A stretch of DNA of 64,000 bases from Minisyncoccota bacterium. GTDB lineage: Bacteria > Patescibacteriota > Minisyncoccia > Phycocordibacterales > UBA9973. Each line of letters begins with the position of its first letter. The first letter of the stretch is position 1. Both the position numbers and the translations under genes were made by a program. Positions 9,391 through 21,155 of this stretch are shown one piece after another. The stretch is from contig JBAZSZ010000001.1 in the NCBI GenBank assembly GCA_041662205.1, forward strand, positions 17,973-81,972. The letters are read 5' to 3'. The notes below the pieces were generated by a model. That model saw only the letters and a list, made by a program, of their open reading frames with translations, was not told where the DNA came from and ran no database searches.

Positions 9391-9810
9391 ATGACAAAAA
9401 AACTTTATAAAAAAATAAAAAATAGTAGGGGATTCGTAATACTTTTTGCAGTAACGCTTTCCGCTATTTTTTTGTCTATCGCCCTAGGTGTTTCTAATAT
9501 AACTTTTCGAGAAATAAGATTTAGTACTTCTGCCAAAGATACCAATAATGCTTTTTTTGCTGCTGATAGTGGTGTTGAACAGGCGCTTTTAAATGAAAAA
9601 TCAGGAACTCCCTGTGCTGATGGTTTGCTTTGTGAGTATATATTTTTGGGTTTTGGGAACAATAATCAATCTTGCGCCATAGTAACTGTGGACAAGATAG
9701 GTTCAACTGTGGTTGTTGTTTCAAAAGGATATAATATTGGTGACTCATCTTGTAATTCGACGAATCCAAATCGCGTTGAGCGCCAAGTTGAAATAAGTTA
9801 CTTAAAATAG
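9391..9810 (+). CDS. PilX-like / pilin-like assembly protein
   Basis: N-terminal hydrophobic segment SRGFVILFAVTLSAIFLSIALG without Glu at +5, as in PilX/ComGG-type proteins. It is the last gene of the pilus cluster. Confidence 0.5.
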   Translation: MTKKLYKKIKNSRGFVILFAVTLSAIFLSIALGVSNITFREIRFSTSAKDTNNAFFAADSGVEQALLNEKSGTPCADGLLCEYIFLGFGNNNQSCAIVTVDKIGSTVVVVSKGYNIGDSSCNSTNPNRVERQVEISYLK

Positions 9811-9817
9811 TTTTTAA

Positions 9818-11962
<2,145 letters not shown>

Positions 11963-12769
11963 TTAATCGTCTTTTTCTCTTTGTTGATTTTCCCTGTCTT
12001 GTTCACGATCGGAGTCGGATTCTCTATTCTCGTTTCTTAATTCATCTTTTATTTTATTCGCATTATTTCGAGCAGTGTCTGAAATATTAGTATTGTTCTC
12101 ATCTTTTTCTATATCGTGAATTTTTGTGTTATTTTTCTCACGAATATCATCTAATACTTGAGCGTGTGTGTTCATTTGATTTTGGAATTCGATAATTATA
12201 TTATCTTTTACTTTATTATCTGAGGACTCTTCTTCTTTGGGAATATCGTTCAAAGTTTTACTTAAAGTATTAGTATGATTTATCAGGAGGTCATTCAACT
12301 GTCTTTCTTTTTCATTATCAAGTTTATCTTGATTGGCTAGAGTTTCAGCTTCCACCATGCGTCCTATTGCTAAAGAACTCTCGTACCTTGCCTCTGATTC
12401 TTTGGAAAGCATCATGCGAGAATAAGTAGGTTCCACAACCTTAACTTTGAGCGGATAAAAAATATTTCCAGGCAAACTTTTTTGAGAAGCAATAACTACT
12501 CCACTGCCGAAAATAATCATCATGCAGGGAACAAATCCATAATGAATTAATCTATTTTTTTGTAAATTAAATATAAATGAATGAAAAGACCAAGGGTTTT
12601 TGATATGGGTGTTAGACAAGGTGGGGGAGTTTAAAATTTTTAAAAGCATGAAATTCTTTTCTCCAGTGGTCATTTTGATTTGTTTAATTTCTTTTACCCC
12701 GATATTTATTTTTTTATCTATTTTTTTGTTTTGCATATAATTTACATTATTTGTACTAATCATTATCAT
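11963..12769 (-). CDS. putative anti-sigma factor with a single TM helix and a charged coiled-coil C-terminal domain
   Basis: Its start overlaps the stop of the upstream ECF sigma gene by 14 nt, indicating translational coupling. One TM helix (GFVPCMMIIFGSGVVIA) and an acidic/basic repeat-rich tail. The assignment rests on context. Confidence 0.45.
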   Translation of the reverse strand: MIMISTNNVNYMQNKKIDKKINIGVKEIKQIKMTTGEKNFMLLKILNSPTLSNTHIKNPWSFHSFIFNLQKNRLIHYGFVPCMMIIFGSGVVIASQKSLPGNIFYPLKVKVVEPTYSRMMLSKESEARYESSLAIGRMVEAETLANQDKLDNEKERQLNDLLINHTNTLSKTLNDIPKEEESSDNKVKDNIIIEFQNQMNTHAQVLDDIREKNNTKIHDIEKDENNTNISDTARNNANKIKDELRNENRESDSDREQDRENQQREKDD

Positions 12770-13286
12770 ATCTCATTTCTTTTCGTAATTCTAATAATCC
12801 TCTATTTATCCTTACTGATGCGGCATTTTCTGATATTCCTAAAATATTACCAATTTCCTTCGGAGATAAATCTTCCACAAAACGTAGGTAAATCGGATTT
12901 TGTGATGTTGGTGTCAATTTATTTATTTTATCCAAAAGATATCTTCCTTCTGCTTCAATATTTATACTATCTCTTGTTTTTTCGTCTATTAAATCATACT
13001 TATATTCGAAATTTTCTTTCTCATTATCCATTATTCCTTCTAATGATATACTTTTCTTTTTACGATACCAATCAATAATCAGGTGACGAGCTACGGTAAA
13101 AATAAAAGCTTTAAAATTGAGTATTTCCTTGTTCTCTTTAAAGCTTTGCCATAGACGTAAAAAGACCTCCTGAGTTATATCCAATGCCTGTTCTTTGTTC
13201 GAAACACGAAATAAGCAAAATCTAAAGACTGCATCGGATTCTTCTCTAAATATTTTTTCAAATTTTTTAGTAATATTTTCTTCCAT
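12756..13286 (-). CDS. ECF-family RNA polymerase sigma factor (sigma-70 regions 2 and 4)
   Basis: Region 2: FRFCLFRVSNKEQALDITQEVFLRLW...ARHLIIDWYRKKK. Region 4 HTH: LSPKEIGNILGISENAASVRINRGLLELRK. Length 176 aa. Confidence 0.85.
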   Translation of the reverse strand: MEENITKKFEKIFREESDAVFRFCLFRVSNKEQALDITQEVFLRLWQSFKENKEILNFKAFIFTVARHLIIDWYRKKKSISLEGIMDNEKENFEYKYDLIDEKTRDSINIEAEGRYLLDKINKLTPTSQNPIYLRFVEDLSPKEIGNILGISENAASVRINRGLLELRKEMRYDND

Positions 13287-13383
13287 TTATTAAGACGTAT
13301 AGATAATAAATTTCTTACTGATTACCTTGATAATATAAAATACAATATAAAATTGATTGTGTCTAGGTAAGAATGAGGTTTCC

Positions 13384-13410
13384 GGAACGTCTGTTAAAAT
13401 ACGGGTCGAA
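13384..13410 (+). promoter_or_regulatory. candidate ECF-type promoter (GGAAC-N16-GTCgaa) facing the secreted protein gene
   Basis: ttccGGAACgtctgttaaaatacggGTCGAAcc lies in the divergent intergenic region next to the ECF sigma gene, about 70 nt upstream of the 13477 start. Confidence 0.3.
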
Positions 13411-13476
13411 CCGTTTAGTGTATTTTAAGTCATTAATATTAATTAACAATTAAATTATAAATTAAAAGGAAAAGAT

Positions 13477-14223
13477 ATGAAAAAAATAATAAAATCATTA
13501 GGTTTATTGGCAATTGTTTTCTCGGTATCAGTTTTAGGATTTGGTGCTAATTTTGCGCAGGCTGTTGATTATACGGCTGCGGATGTTGCATCACATAGCA
13601 CATCAGCAAGTTGCTGGGTGATCATTAACAACACTGTTTATGATTTAACCAACTTTATTCCATTGCACCCAGGAGGACCAGCAATAATAATATCAGTCTG
13701 TGGAAAGGATGGTACAACATTGTTTAATAGTGGGCCTCATCCAGATACTGCCATCAATGCTCTTAGTTCTTATATCATAGGTAACTTAGCAGCAGTTCCA
13801 GTTCTTACCACTATCAACGTTACTCCCGCTACTCCAGCAGTAGTTGTTGGTAATACCCAGCAAATGACTGCCACCACTTTAGATCAAAATGGTGCAGCTA
13901 TCTCTGCGACAGTTTCTTGGACAAGTTCTAACCCAGCGGTCGGAACGATTAATCCTACCACTGGATTGTTTACCGCTGTCGCTGCCGGAACCACTACTCT
14001 AACTGCTACCAGTGGTGCAGTCACAGGTTCAACCGTTGCTACAGTTACTGCGGCACCAGCTCCAATACCACCTTCAGTTCATCATGACGATGATGATGAC
14101 GAAAGTGAAATTGAAGACAGAGATGGGTCAAATAAGTCAGAGTCAGAGAAGGAAAAAAAGACAAATAACGGTAGATATGAAAAAAATAGTAACTACAAAA
14201 ATCGAGGGAGTCATAAAGACTAG
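13477..14223 (+). CDS. secreted protein with a cytochrome b5-like heme-binding domain, a Big_2 Ig-like domain and an acidic tail
   Basis: Signal peptide MKKIIKSLGLLAIVFSVSVLGFGANFAQA. Cytochrome-b5 signature LHPGGP with a second His 23 residues downstream (SGPH). Big_2-like TAT/ATT-rich beta domain. C-terminal HHDDDDDESEIEDRD. Confidence 0.7.
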   Translation: MKKIIKSLGLLAIVFSVSVLGFGANFAQAVDYTAADVASHSTSASCWVIINNTVYDLTNFIPLHPGGPAIIISVCGKDGTTLFNSGPHPDTAINALSSYIIGNLAAVPVLTTINVTPATPAVVVGNTQQMTATTLDQNGAAISATVSWTSSNPAVGTINPTTGLFTAVAAGTTTLTATSGAVTGSTVATVTAAPAPIPPSVHHDDDDDESEIEDRDGSNKSESEKEKKTNNGRYEKNSNYKNRGSHKD

Positions 14224-14246
14224 AAAGACAACTTGATAAATTCACA

Positions 14247-14278
14247 ACAAAACCACTCAATTGAGTGGTTTTGTTGTT
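14247..14278 (+). terminator. rho-independent terminator
   Basis: AAAACCACTCAATTGAGTGGTTTT followed by GTTGTT. Confidence 0.7.
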
Positions 14279-14428
14279 GGAGAATTAATTAAGACATTGA
14301 TTTTATTCATAAATTTATTTTTTAAGAATTTGAGATTTGTGGATAAACCAACTGCCCAATTAGCTTTTTGGATGTATAATAAAAATATTAAGTTTTAATT
14401 AATTAATAATTAATTTAACTTTTTAAAA

Positions 14429-16618
14429 ATGAAGAAAATACAAATAGGTTTATTTTTTTTGATTGTGTTTGTTTGCGGAATCTTTGGTTTAGCAAAAAGT
14501 TCTTTAGCCGCGACTTATTATGCATCACCAGCTGGTAGTGGTGCAAGTTGTGCCAACACTACACCATGTGCTCTTACTTCTGGAGTGAGCAAGCTAGTGG
14601 CTGGAGATACACTTTTTCTTAAAGACGGAACTTATAACAGTGGTATCACTGTTGGGTCTTCTGGTACGGCCAGCAATCCAATAACCATAAAAGCGGAAAA
14701 TGATGGAATGGCTATTGTGGATGGGCAGGGACAAAAGGAACCATTGGTGATTATTGGAAAGAGTTACATTAATGTAGAAGGTATTGTTTTTCAAAATGCG
14801 GTTTATGATGTTATTAAAGTCAGTGGAGGATCATCTCATATTAATTTACGACGACTCTCGGCGTATAATGCCGGCAATGGTAATTATCATCTAGTTTTAG
14901 TTTGGAATTCTAGTTATGTTTTAGTAGAAGACAGCGTAGCATCACAGACTAGTGGTTCAAACAAGTCCGGCCGATATTGTTTTATTTCACATGCCGGTGC
15001 TAATCACAATACTTTTAGGCGTAATTACTGTGATTATTTTAGTCACACTGGCGGCGGCGGTCCTTGTTCTGCAGCAGTTGATTATGGTGGTAGCTATGAT
15101 TTATGGGAAAACAATGTTTTTGATGTTTCTAAAATGCCAGCTGGATGCAGTAATGTATCTTACCAATTCGCAATTTTTGGTGAAGGACTTTACAATGACA
15201 CTTCGCATAATAAATGGTATGGTAATGTCGCTATTGGTGGACCAAATACTGAAAAGGCAGTTTTAGGGGAAACTGATGGATCAGCGCACTCAGTAAAGAA
15301 TTGGGAATTTTATGATAATGTGTTTCTCAACGCAAAAGAGGGAGTTGTAAATATTGGAGCAGCCGATGGTGCTGGTTGGATTTTTAAAAACAATACAGTA
15401 GCTAACATGTCTCAAGCAGAAGGCCTGTGGTCACTGGGGTCTGGTGCTACGATTACTGCTGGGAATAATTCTTTTTTTTCTAGTGCAACAGGGGTAAGGG
15501 TTGGGAACAATGGTTCTCTTTCTAGTCGTTATAATAATTTTTCTTCTATTGCCACACTTTATAGTGGGACTATTAGCGACAAGACTGGTGATAAAACTTT
15601 GTCGGCTGGTTACAATACTGCAACTTATGGTAAGGGTGCTTATTTAATGATTCCATTATCTCTAAATGGTCAAGGGGAAAACGGAAACAATATTGGTGCG
15701 GAAGTGCTTTTTCAATATATAAATGGACAAAAAACAAATATACCTCTTTGGCCGTGGCCGATGGAAGATCGGATCAAGAATGAAATATCTGGGAGTTCAG
15801 TTACCTATGAATCTGGAGGTGGTCTTTGGAAAACTCTAAATGGAGCTTACTCAACACCAACGCCAATACCCACTCCAATCTTTACTCCTACGCCCACTCC
15901 AACACCTGCTCCAGTTCCAACTACGAACCCTCAAGTTACAGTCAACGCTACACAGGTCGCTCCCGGAACAACAGTCACTGTTAAAGCGAGTGGAGGAAAT
16001 AGTGGTGCCAAGGAATGGGTGGCTCTCTACTTGGCTTCTAATCCGGATTCCGCCTATAGTGTGAATCAGAATTGGAAATATTTAAATGGATTACAAACAT
16101 CACCGTCTGCTGGCTTGAGTTCAGCTACGCTTCAATTTACTATGCCAATCACTCCGGGTGTCTATAATTTCAGATACTTTCCGGAAGTTGGTTTTGAAAC
16201 ACGCTTAGCAATCAGTCCGAATGTTGTTGTAGTCGTTCCAACCCCAACCCCAACACCAACCCCAACTCCAACACCTATCCCAATCTCTACCCCTGCGCCT
16301 ACACCCACTCCAGCACTTATTCCCACACCTATCCCAATTCCTACCCCTGCGCCTACTCCTACCCCAATTCTAAAACCATACTTTTTTTATCGAAATCTTT
16401 ATTTAAACATGAAAGGAGAAGATATTAAAGAACTTCAGAAATTCCTCAATACTCATCAATTTATCATTTCAAATTCTGGAATTGGTTCGCCTGGTAATGA
16501 ATCTATTTTTTTTGGTGCAAAGACAAAAAAAGCTCTTGCAAGATTCCAATTGTCAATAAGGCTTCCGTCCACTGGTTTCTTTGGACCGATGACAAGAGAG
16601 TATATAAATAAAAGGTAG
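14429..16618 (+). CDS. secreted right-handed beta-helix (pectate-lyase-fold) protein with Pro/Thr linkers and a C-terminal peptidoglycan-binding domain
   Basis: Signal peptide, then [20 protein letters not shown]...[17 protein letters not shown] typical of parallel beta-helix proteins. [19 protein letters not shown] linkers. The C-terminal region [12 protein letters not shown]...[12 protein letters not shown]...GFFGPMT matches a PG_binding_1 fold. Confidence 0.7.
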   Translation: MKKIQIGLFFLIVFVCGIFGLAKSSLAATYYASPAGSGASCANTTPCALTSGVSKLVAGDTLFLKDGTYNSGITVGSSGTASNPITIKAENDGMAIVDGQGQKEPLVIIGKSYINVEGIVFQNAVYDVIKVSGGSSHINLRRLSAYNAGNGNYHLVLVWNSSYVLVEDSVASQTSGSNKSGRYCFISHAGANHNTFRRNYCDYFSHTGGGGPCSAAVDYGGSYDLWENNVFDVSKMPAGCSNVSYQFAIFGEGLYNDTSHNKWYGNVAIGGPNTEKAVLGETDGSAHSVKNWEFYDNVFLNAKEGVVNIGAADGAGWIFKNNTVANMSQAEGLWSLGSGATITAGNNSFFSSATGVRVGNNGSLSSRYNNFSSIATLYSGTISDKTGDKTLSAGYNTATYGKGAYLMIPLSLNGQGENGNNIGAEVLFQYINGQKTNIPLWPWPMEDRIKNEISGSSVTYESGGGLWKTLNGAYSTPTPIPTPIFTPTPTPTPAPVPTTNPQVTVNATQVAPGTTVTVKASGGNSGAKEWVALYLASNPDSAYSVNQNWKYLNGLQTSPSAGLSSATLQFTMPITPGVYNFRYFPEVGFETRLAISPNVVVVVPTPTPTPTPTPTPIPISTPAPTPTPALIPTPIPIPTPAPTPTPILKPYFFYRNLYLNMKGEDIKELQKFLNTHQFIISNSGIGSPGNESIFFGAKTKKALARFQLSIRLPSTGFFGPMTREYINKR

Positions 16619-16656
16619 TCTCTTGTTTGCACTCAGAAACCCTTTTCAAAAAATCG

Positions 16657-16741
16657 CGGAGGGTAGGAGATTCGAACTCCTGGTGGATTGCTCCACACAC
16701 GCTTTCCAAGCGTGCGCACTAGACCGCTATGCGAACCCTCC
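16657..16741 (-). tRNA. tRNA-Ser (anticodon GGA)
   Basis: The reverse complement folds as a cloverleaf: acceptor GGAGGGT/ACCCTCC, anticodon stem CACGC/GCGTG with loop TTGGAAA, long variable arm GTGGAGCAATCCAC, and T-arm AGGAG-TTCGAAT-CTCCT. Length 85 nt. Confidence 0.8.
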
Positions 16742-16819
16742 AAATAAACACTTGTATTTAATTTACATTATTTTTAACAAAAAGAAAACTTTTATGCTAT
16801 CTTTAGTTGTAAGATTTAT

Positions 16820-17581
16820 ATGAAAAATATTTTACTTTTGAATAAAAAAGAAGGGGAAACACCTCTTATGGTGTTGAATAATTTTTGTAAGAAACATAAG
16901 AAATACAAAGATGTAAAAATGACCTATGCGGGTAGGTTAGATCCGATGGCGAGAGGACTTCTCTTAGTGTTGTCGGGTGAAGAAGTAAAAAATAAAGAAA
17001 AATATTTGAATTTAGAAAAAGAATATGATTTTGAAATTCTTTTCGGTTTTACAACTGACACTTATGATATTTTAGGCAAAGTAACATCTTCAGCTAGTCT
17101 TGGCCTAGATGAATTAACAGAAAAAGAAATAAAAAAACATTTAAAAAGTTTTTTAGGGGAGAGTGTTCAAAAATATCCTATTTATTCTTCAAAAACAGTA
17201 AAAGGTAAACCATTGTTTTCTTATGCTCGTAGAGGGGAAGAGGTGGAAGTGCCAGAAAGAAAAATTTTTATTAAGAAACTAAAATTAGAAAAAATAAGAG
17301 AAATAGACAATAAAAGATTGTTTAAAAATATAGAAAAAAGAATCAGAAATGTGAAAGGAGATTTTAGGCAAGATGAAATTTTAGAAATTTGGAGAAAAGA
17401 ATTAAATCTCCAACAAGAACCCCAGCAAGGGGAGTCCTTGCTGAAGATAGCGAGTTTTAAAATAAGGTGTAGCAGTGGTACTTATGTGAGAGTAATAGCA
17501 AATACACTTGGTAATAAATTAAAAATACCAGCCCTAGCTTTTTCAATAAAAAGGACAAAAGTAGGTAAATATGTGATATAA
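16820..17581 (+). CDS. truB: tRNA pseudouridine(55) synthase TruB
   Basis: Catalytic motif YAGRLDPMARGLLLV and a PUA-like C-terminal region. Confidence 0.85.
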   Translation: MKNILLLNKKEGETPLMVLNNFCKKHKKYKDVKMTYAGRLDPMARGLLLVLSGEEVKNKEKYLNLEKEYDFEILFGFTTDTYDILGKVTSSASLGLDELTEKEIKKHLKSFLGESVQKYPIYSSKTVKGKPLFSYARRGEEVEVPERKIFIKKLKLEKIREIDNKRLFKNIEKRIRNVKGDFRQDEILEIWRKELNLQQEPQQGESLLKIASFKIRCSSGTYVRVIANTLGNKLKIPALAFSIKRTKVGKYVI

Positions 17582-17593
17582 TTAGTAGATATT

Positions 17594-18796
17594 ATGTTAG
17601 ATATATATAAAATAAGGCAAGATTTTAAACTTTTAAATGGCAAAAATGCGCCAATTTATTTAGATAGTGGTTGTATGAGTTTGAAGCCGGATGTGGTAGT
17701 TGAAGCTATGAATGACTATTATTTTAATTACCCAGCTTGTGCTGGCAGAAGCGCACATAAATTGGGGGATAAAGTTACAAAAAAAGTAAAAGAAGCGAGA
17801 GGACTTATTGCAAAATTTATTAATGCAAAAGACGAAAACGAAATAATCTTTACTCGTAATACTACTGAGGGGATAAACTTGCTGGCGAATTCTTTGGGTT
17901 TGCAAAAAGGAGATATTGTTTTGATTTCTGACAAGGAACACAATTCTAATCTAGTCCCTTGGCTCTTGCTTCGAGATAGGGTAGGTATCGTGGTAAAAAT
18001 AATTCCTTCAAACGAAGACGGCAGTTTTAATTTAGATAATTTTTCTAAGTTAATCACTGGCGTTAAATTAGTTTCCATTGTGCATACCTCCAATTTAGAT
18101 GGTGTCACTAATCCGGCTAAAGAAATAATAGAAATTGCGCATAAAAATAATACCTTGGTTTGCTTGGACGTTGCGCAGAGTATTCCTCATAAGAAAATTG
18201 ATGTTCAAGATTTAGATGTTGATTTTCTAGCTTTTTCTGGTCACAAAATGCTTGGGCCTACTGGTACAGGAGTTTTTTATGGAAAATCTAAGTTACTAGA
18301 AAGACTTTCACCGTTTCTTGTCGGTGGAGATACGGTAGAATTTTCTACTTATGACAATTATAAAATGCTTCCCATCCCCGATAAATTTGAAGCTGGATTG
18401 CAGAATTACGCTGGGATTATTGGTTTCGGAGAAGCAGTAAAATATTTAAGTCAATTTGATTTTAATGATATTAGAGAACATGAACTTAAACTTAATACTT
18501 ATATAACAAGTGAATTGCGAAAAATTCCTCAGATAAAAATAATAGGTCCAGAGGATCCAAAATACAGATCTGGAATTATTGATTTTTATATTGAGGGTAT
18601 GGATATGCATAAGTTCGCAATAATGCTTGATGAAATGGCAAATATTGAAATCCGCTCTGGTCAACATTGTGTCCATTCTTGGTTCGCTGATAAAAAATGT
18701 TTAAATTCCGCACGAGTTAGTTTATATTTATATAATACAATAGAGGAAGCAGAAGCATTTATTATAAACCTAAATAAAATTATAAAAATACTATAA
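17594..18796 (+). CDS. cysteine desulfurase (class V aminotransferase, SufS/CsdA-like)
   Basis: PLP-lysine region FSGHKMLGPTGTGVFYGK, the active-site Cys loop region EIRSGQHCVH, and a length of 400 aa. Confidence 0.8.
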   Translation: MLDIYKIRQDFKLLNGKNAPIYLDSGCMSLKPDVVVEAMNDYYFNYPACAGRSAHKLGDKVTKKVKEARGLIAKFINAKDENEIIFTRNTTEGINLLANSLGLQKGDIVLISDKEHNSNLVPWLLLRDRVGIVVKIIPSNEDGSFNLDNFSKLITGVKLVSIVHTSNLDGVTNPAKEIIEIAHKNNTLVCLDVAQSIPHKKIDVQDLDVDFLAFSGHKMLGPTGTGVFYGKSKLLERLSPFLVGGDTVEFSTYDNYKMLPIPDKFEAGLQNYAGIIGFGEAVKYLSQFDFNDIREHELKLNTYITSELRKIPQIKIIGPEDPKYRSGIIDFYIEGMDMHKFAIMLDEMANIEIRSGQHCVHSWFADKKCLNSARVSLYLYNTIEEAEAFIINLNKIIKIL

Positions 18797-18800
18797 ATTT

Positions 18801-19742
18801 ATGCCTTGTATAATAGCCTTAATTGTTTTTGGAATAATGGGAATATTTAGTGCTTCGCATCGAGCAGTCGCGAAAGAGGCTTTTGACTGTGTTTTTAGGA
18901 GAATTACTTTTCGTCCTTGTAATACTAATTTTCAGGAAAAAATAAAAGGAAAAATTTTATCAAAGATAATCACTCGTTCTACTTTCTTAGCTAGGATGGT
19001 CAATAAACATTATGAAATAATATCTTGGATATTTTTTATTTTAATGCTGGGCAGTACTTTTTATGTTTTACGTGGCGGATATAATTTTTATGTTTATGGC
19101 AGTTGTAATGGTTTGAATGCAAGCGGTTTTTGTGCTTTTGATCCAAGCGGAGAAAATAACAAAGTGACAGGGATAGGCGATAGTGAAGCTTGCGGAATCA
19201 CTCAAAAAATAGAGTCGAACATTACATTAAATGGCGTGGATCTTTCAAGTTTTCCAACTCAAAATATTGGCTCGAAAGACACTATAGTATTTATTGGCTG
19301 TTATGCTTGTGATTATAGCCGAAAAGCTTTTCCTGATATTCAAAGATTAATAAAAGATAAACAGACAAATTTCATCTTTGCTCATTATCCAGCCAAAGGA
19401 GATACGACATTTTTGGCGGAGGCAGGGTATGCAATTAGAAATCTTTATGGGGACGAGGCCTTTTGGAAATTGAATGATTATTTATTTACTGCCGATAAAA
19501 ATTACATTTTAGATAAAACAAATCTAAATACTATTTTGACTGATCTTGGTTTTGACGCCCAAAAAGTAAATGTGCTTGCGAATAGTCCGGAAACAAAAAT
19601 TGCCGTAGAAAATCAAGTAAAAGAACTCAACAAGACAGGCCTTTATGGTACACCGACTATTTTTATAAATGGCAAAGCTTTTGTGGGACCTAAACCATAC
19701 CGAGTTTATAGTGTGCCTCTAAATAAATTTATTTTCTTTTAG
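18801..19742 (+). CDS. membrane-anchored DsbA-family thiol:disulfide oxidoreductase
   Basis: N-terminal TM segments, then a thioredoxin fold with CxxC (GCYACDY) and the cis-Pro loop region GTPTIFING. Confidence 0.7.
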   Translation: MPCIIALIVFGIMGIFSASHRAVAKEAFDCVFRRITFRPCNTNFQEKIKGKILSKIITRSTFLARMVNKHYEIISWIFFILMLGSTFYVLRGGYNFYVYGSCNGLNASGFCAFDPSGENNKVTGIGDSEACGITQKIESNITLNGVDLSSFPTQNIGSKDTIVFIGCYACDYSRKAFPDIQRLIKDKQTNFIFAHYPAKGDTTFLAEAGYAIRNLYGDEAFWKLNDYLFTADKNYILDKTNLNTILTDLGFDAQKVNVLANSPETKIAVENQVKELNKTGLYGTPTIFINGKAFVGPKPYRVYSVPLNKFIFF

Positions 19743-19776
19743 GTTTTTTTATTATTAATTTAAAAATCAAAAATAT

Positions 19777-20175
19777 ATGAAAGGATATAACGTGAACATA
19801 GAGAAAGAAGCTTTGGAAAATACAAATTTTCGTAAAGTTTTATACACAGCAAAGCATTGCCAGCTAGTATTGATGAGTTTGAAGCCAAATGAAGAAATTG
19901 GAATGGAGGTGCATCCGGACAATGATCAATTTTTTCGTTTTGAAAAGGGAGAAGGAAAAGTTTTTATTGATGGAAATGAATATGCTGTTATGGATGGTTC
20001 TGCAATCATAGTTCCAGCTGGAGCAGAACATAACGTTGTTAATGTTTCAGATACAGAGGATTTAAAACTTTATACGATTTATTCTCCAGCTCATCATGAG
20101 GACGGCATAATAAGAGCCACAAAAATTGAGGCAGAAAAAGATAGTCCAGAATTTGAGGGGATAACTACAGAGTAA
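19777..20175 (+). CDS. cupin-domain protein
   Basis: Cupin motifs G(X)5HXH-like, EVHPDNDQFF...GEGKVFIDGNEYAV...AGAEHNVVN. Length 132 aa. Confidence 0.7.
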   Translation: MKGYNVNIEKEALENTNFRKVLYTAKHCQLVLMSLKPNEEIGMEVHPDNDQFFRFEKGEGKVFIDGNEYAVMDGSAIIVPAGAEHNVVNVSDTEDLKLYTIYSPAHHEDGIIRATKIEAEKDSPEFEGITTE

Positions 20176-20215
20176 GAAAAAAGACAAAAACATAAAAATG
20201 GGGTAAAATAGAAAG

Positions 20216-21142
20216 ATGATATTTTCAGCTATATTAACTGTAATAGGTCTTTCTCTTTTTGAGTCTATTTCATCAGTAGATAATGCGATAATCAACGCGG
20301 AGGTTCTTTCTACTATGGGGGAAAAGGCTAAAAAATGGTTTTTGACCTGGGGGATACTTTTTGCTGTGTTTATTGTTCGGGGGCTTCTCCCTTTTATAAT
20401 AATTTGGGTTTTTAATCCAACTCTTTCAGTTTTTCAGGTTTTATCTGCCGCTTGGTCTTCTGATCCGTTAGTTCAAGAATCAATCCATAAATCAGCTCCA
20501 ATTTTATTAATAGCTGGCGGAGTTTTCCTTTTGTTTTTGTTTTTACATTGGTTATTTCTGGAAGATAAAAAAATGGGTTTACCTTTAGCAGAAAAATTTT
20601 TTATGGCAAAGGGGGTTTGGTTTTATGCAATTGTTTCTGTTTTGTTGGCTGTCATTTCATGGTTTGCCTTACAGCAAAATAATTTGATGGCTTTTGGAGC
20701 AGTAGTCGGTTCAAGCCTGTTTTTTATTACCCATGGTTTTAAACAAAATGCGGAAGAAGAAGAAAGAAGATTGCTCAGTAGTGGACGTTCAGACCTGAGC
20801 AAGCTTTTTTTCTTAGAAATTATTGATACAACTTTTTCTATTGACGGAGTGCTTGGAGCTTTTGCTTTCACTTTATCTATTCCTTTAATTTTAATTGGAA
20901 ATGGTTTAGGAGCTCTTTTGGTGCGGCAGTTTACTATCAGCAACATAGAAAGAATCAAAAAATATGTTTATTTAAAAAACGGAGCGATGTATTCTATTCT
21001 TGTTTTAGGAATCATTATGATATTGCATAGTTTTGGATTTTCTATACCAGAATACATATCTCCGCTTTGTACTTTTATTATAATTGGATTTTTCTTTTGG
21101 AAATCTAGAGTATATATTTCTTTAAATTTAGAGCAAAGTTAA
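20216..21142 (+). CDS. DUF475/TerC-related integral membrane protein
   Basis: N-terminal LSLFESISSVDNAIINAEVL characteristic of DUF475, with about eight TM helices. Confidence 0.6.
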   Translation: MIFSAILTVIGLSLFESISSVDNAIINAEVLSTMGEKAKKWFLTWGILFAVFIVRGLLPFIIIWVFNPTLSVFQVLSAAWSSDPLVQESIHKSAPILLIAGGVFLLFLFLHWLFLEDKKMGLPLAEKFFMAKGVWFYAIVSVLLAVISWFALQQNNLMAFGAVVGSSLFFITHGFKQNAEEEERRLLSSGRSDLSKLFFLEIIDTTFSIDGVLGAFAFTLSIPLILIGNGLGALLVRQFTISNIERIKKYVYLKNGAMYSILVLGIIMILHSFGFSIPEYISPLCTFIIIGFFFWKSRVYISLNLEQS

Positions 21143-21155
21143 GAAATGCAAAGAA

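Noticed and set aside
12680-13078. 132-aa plus-strand ORF overlapping the ECF sigma and anti-sigma genes
   Set aside because: It sits entirely antisense to two coherent genes. Its translation is a Phe/Ile/Leu/Tyr-rich AT-frame artefact.
16623-16823. 66-aa ORF overlapping tRNA-Ser
   Set aside because: It overlaps a well-folded tRNA on the opposite strand. There is no supporting signal.
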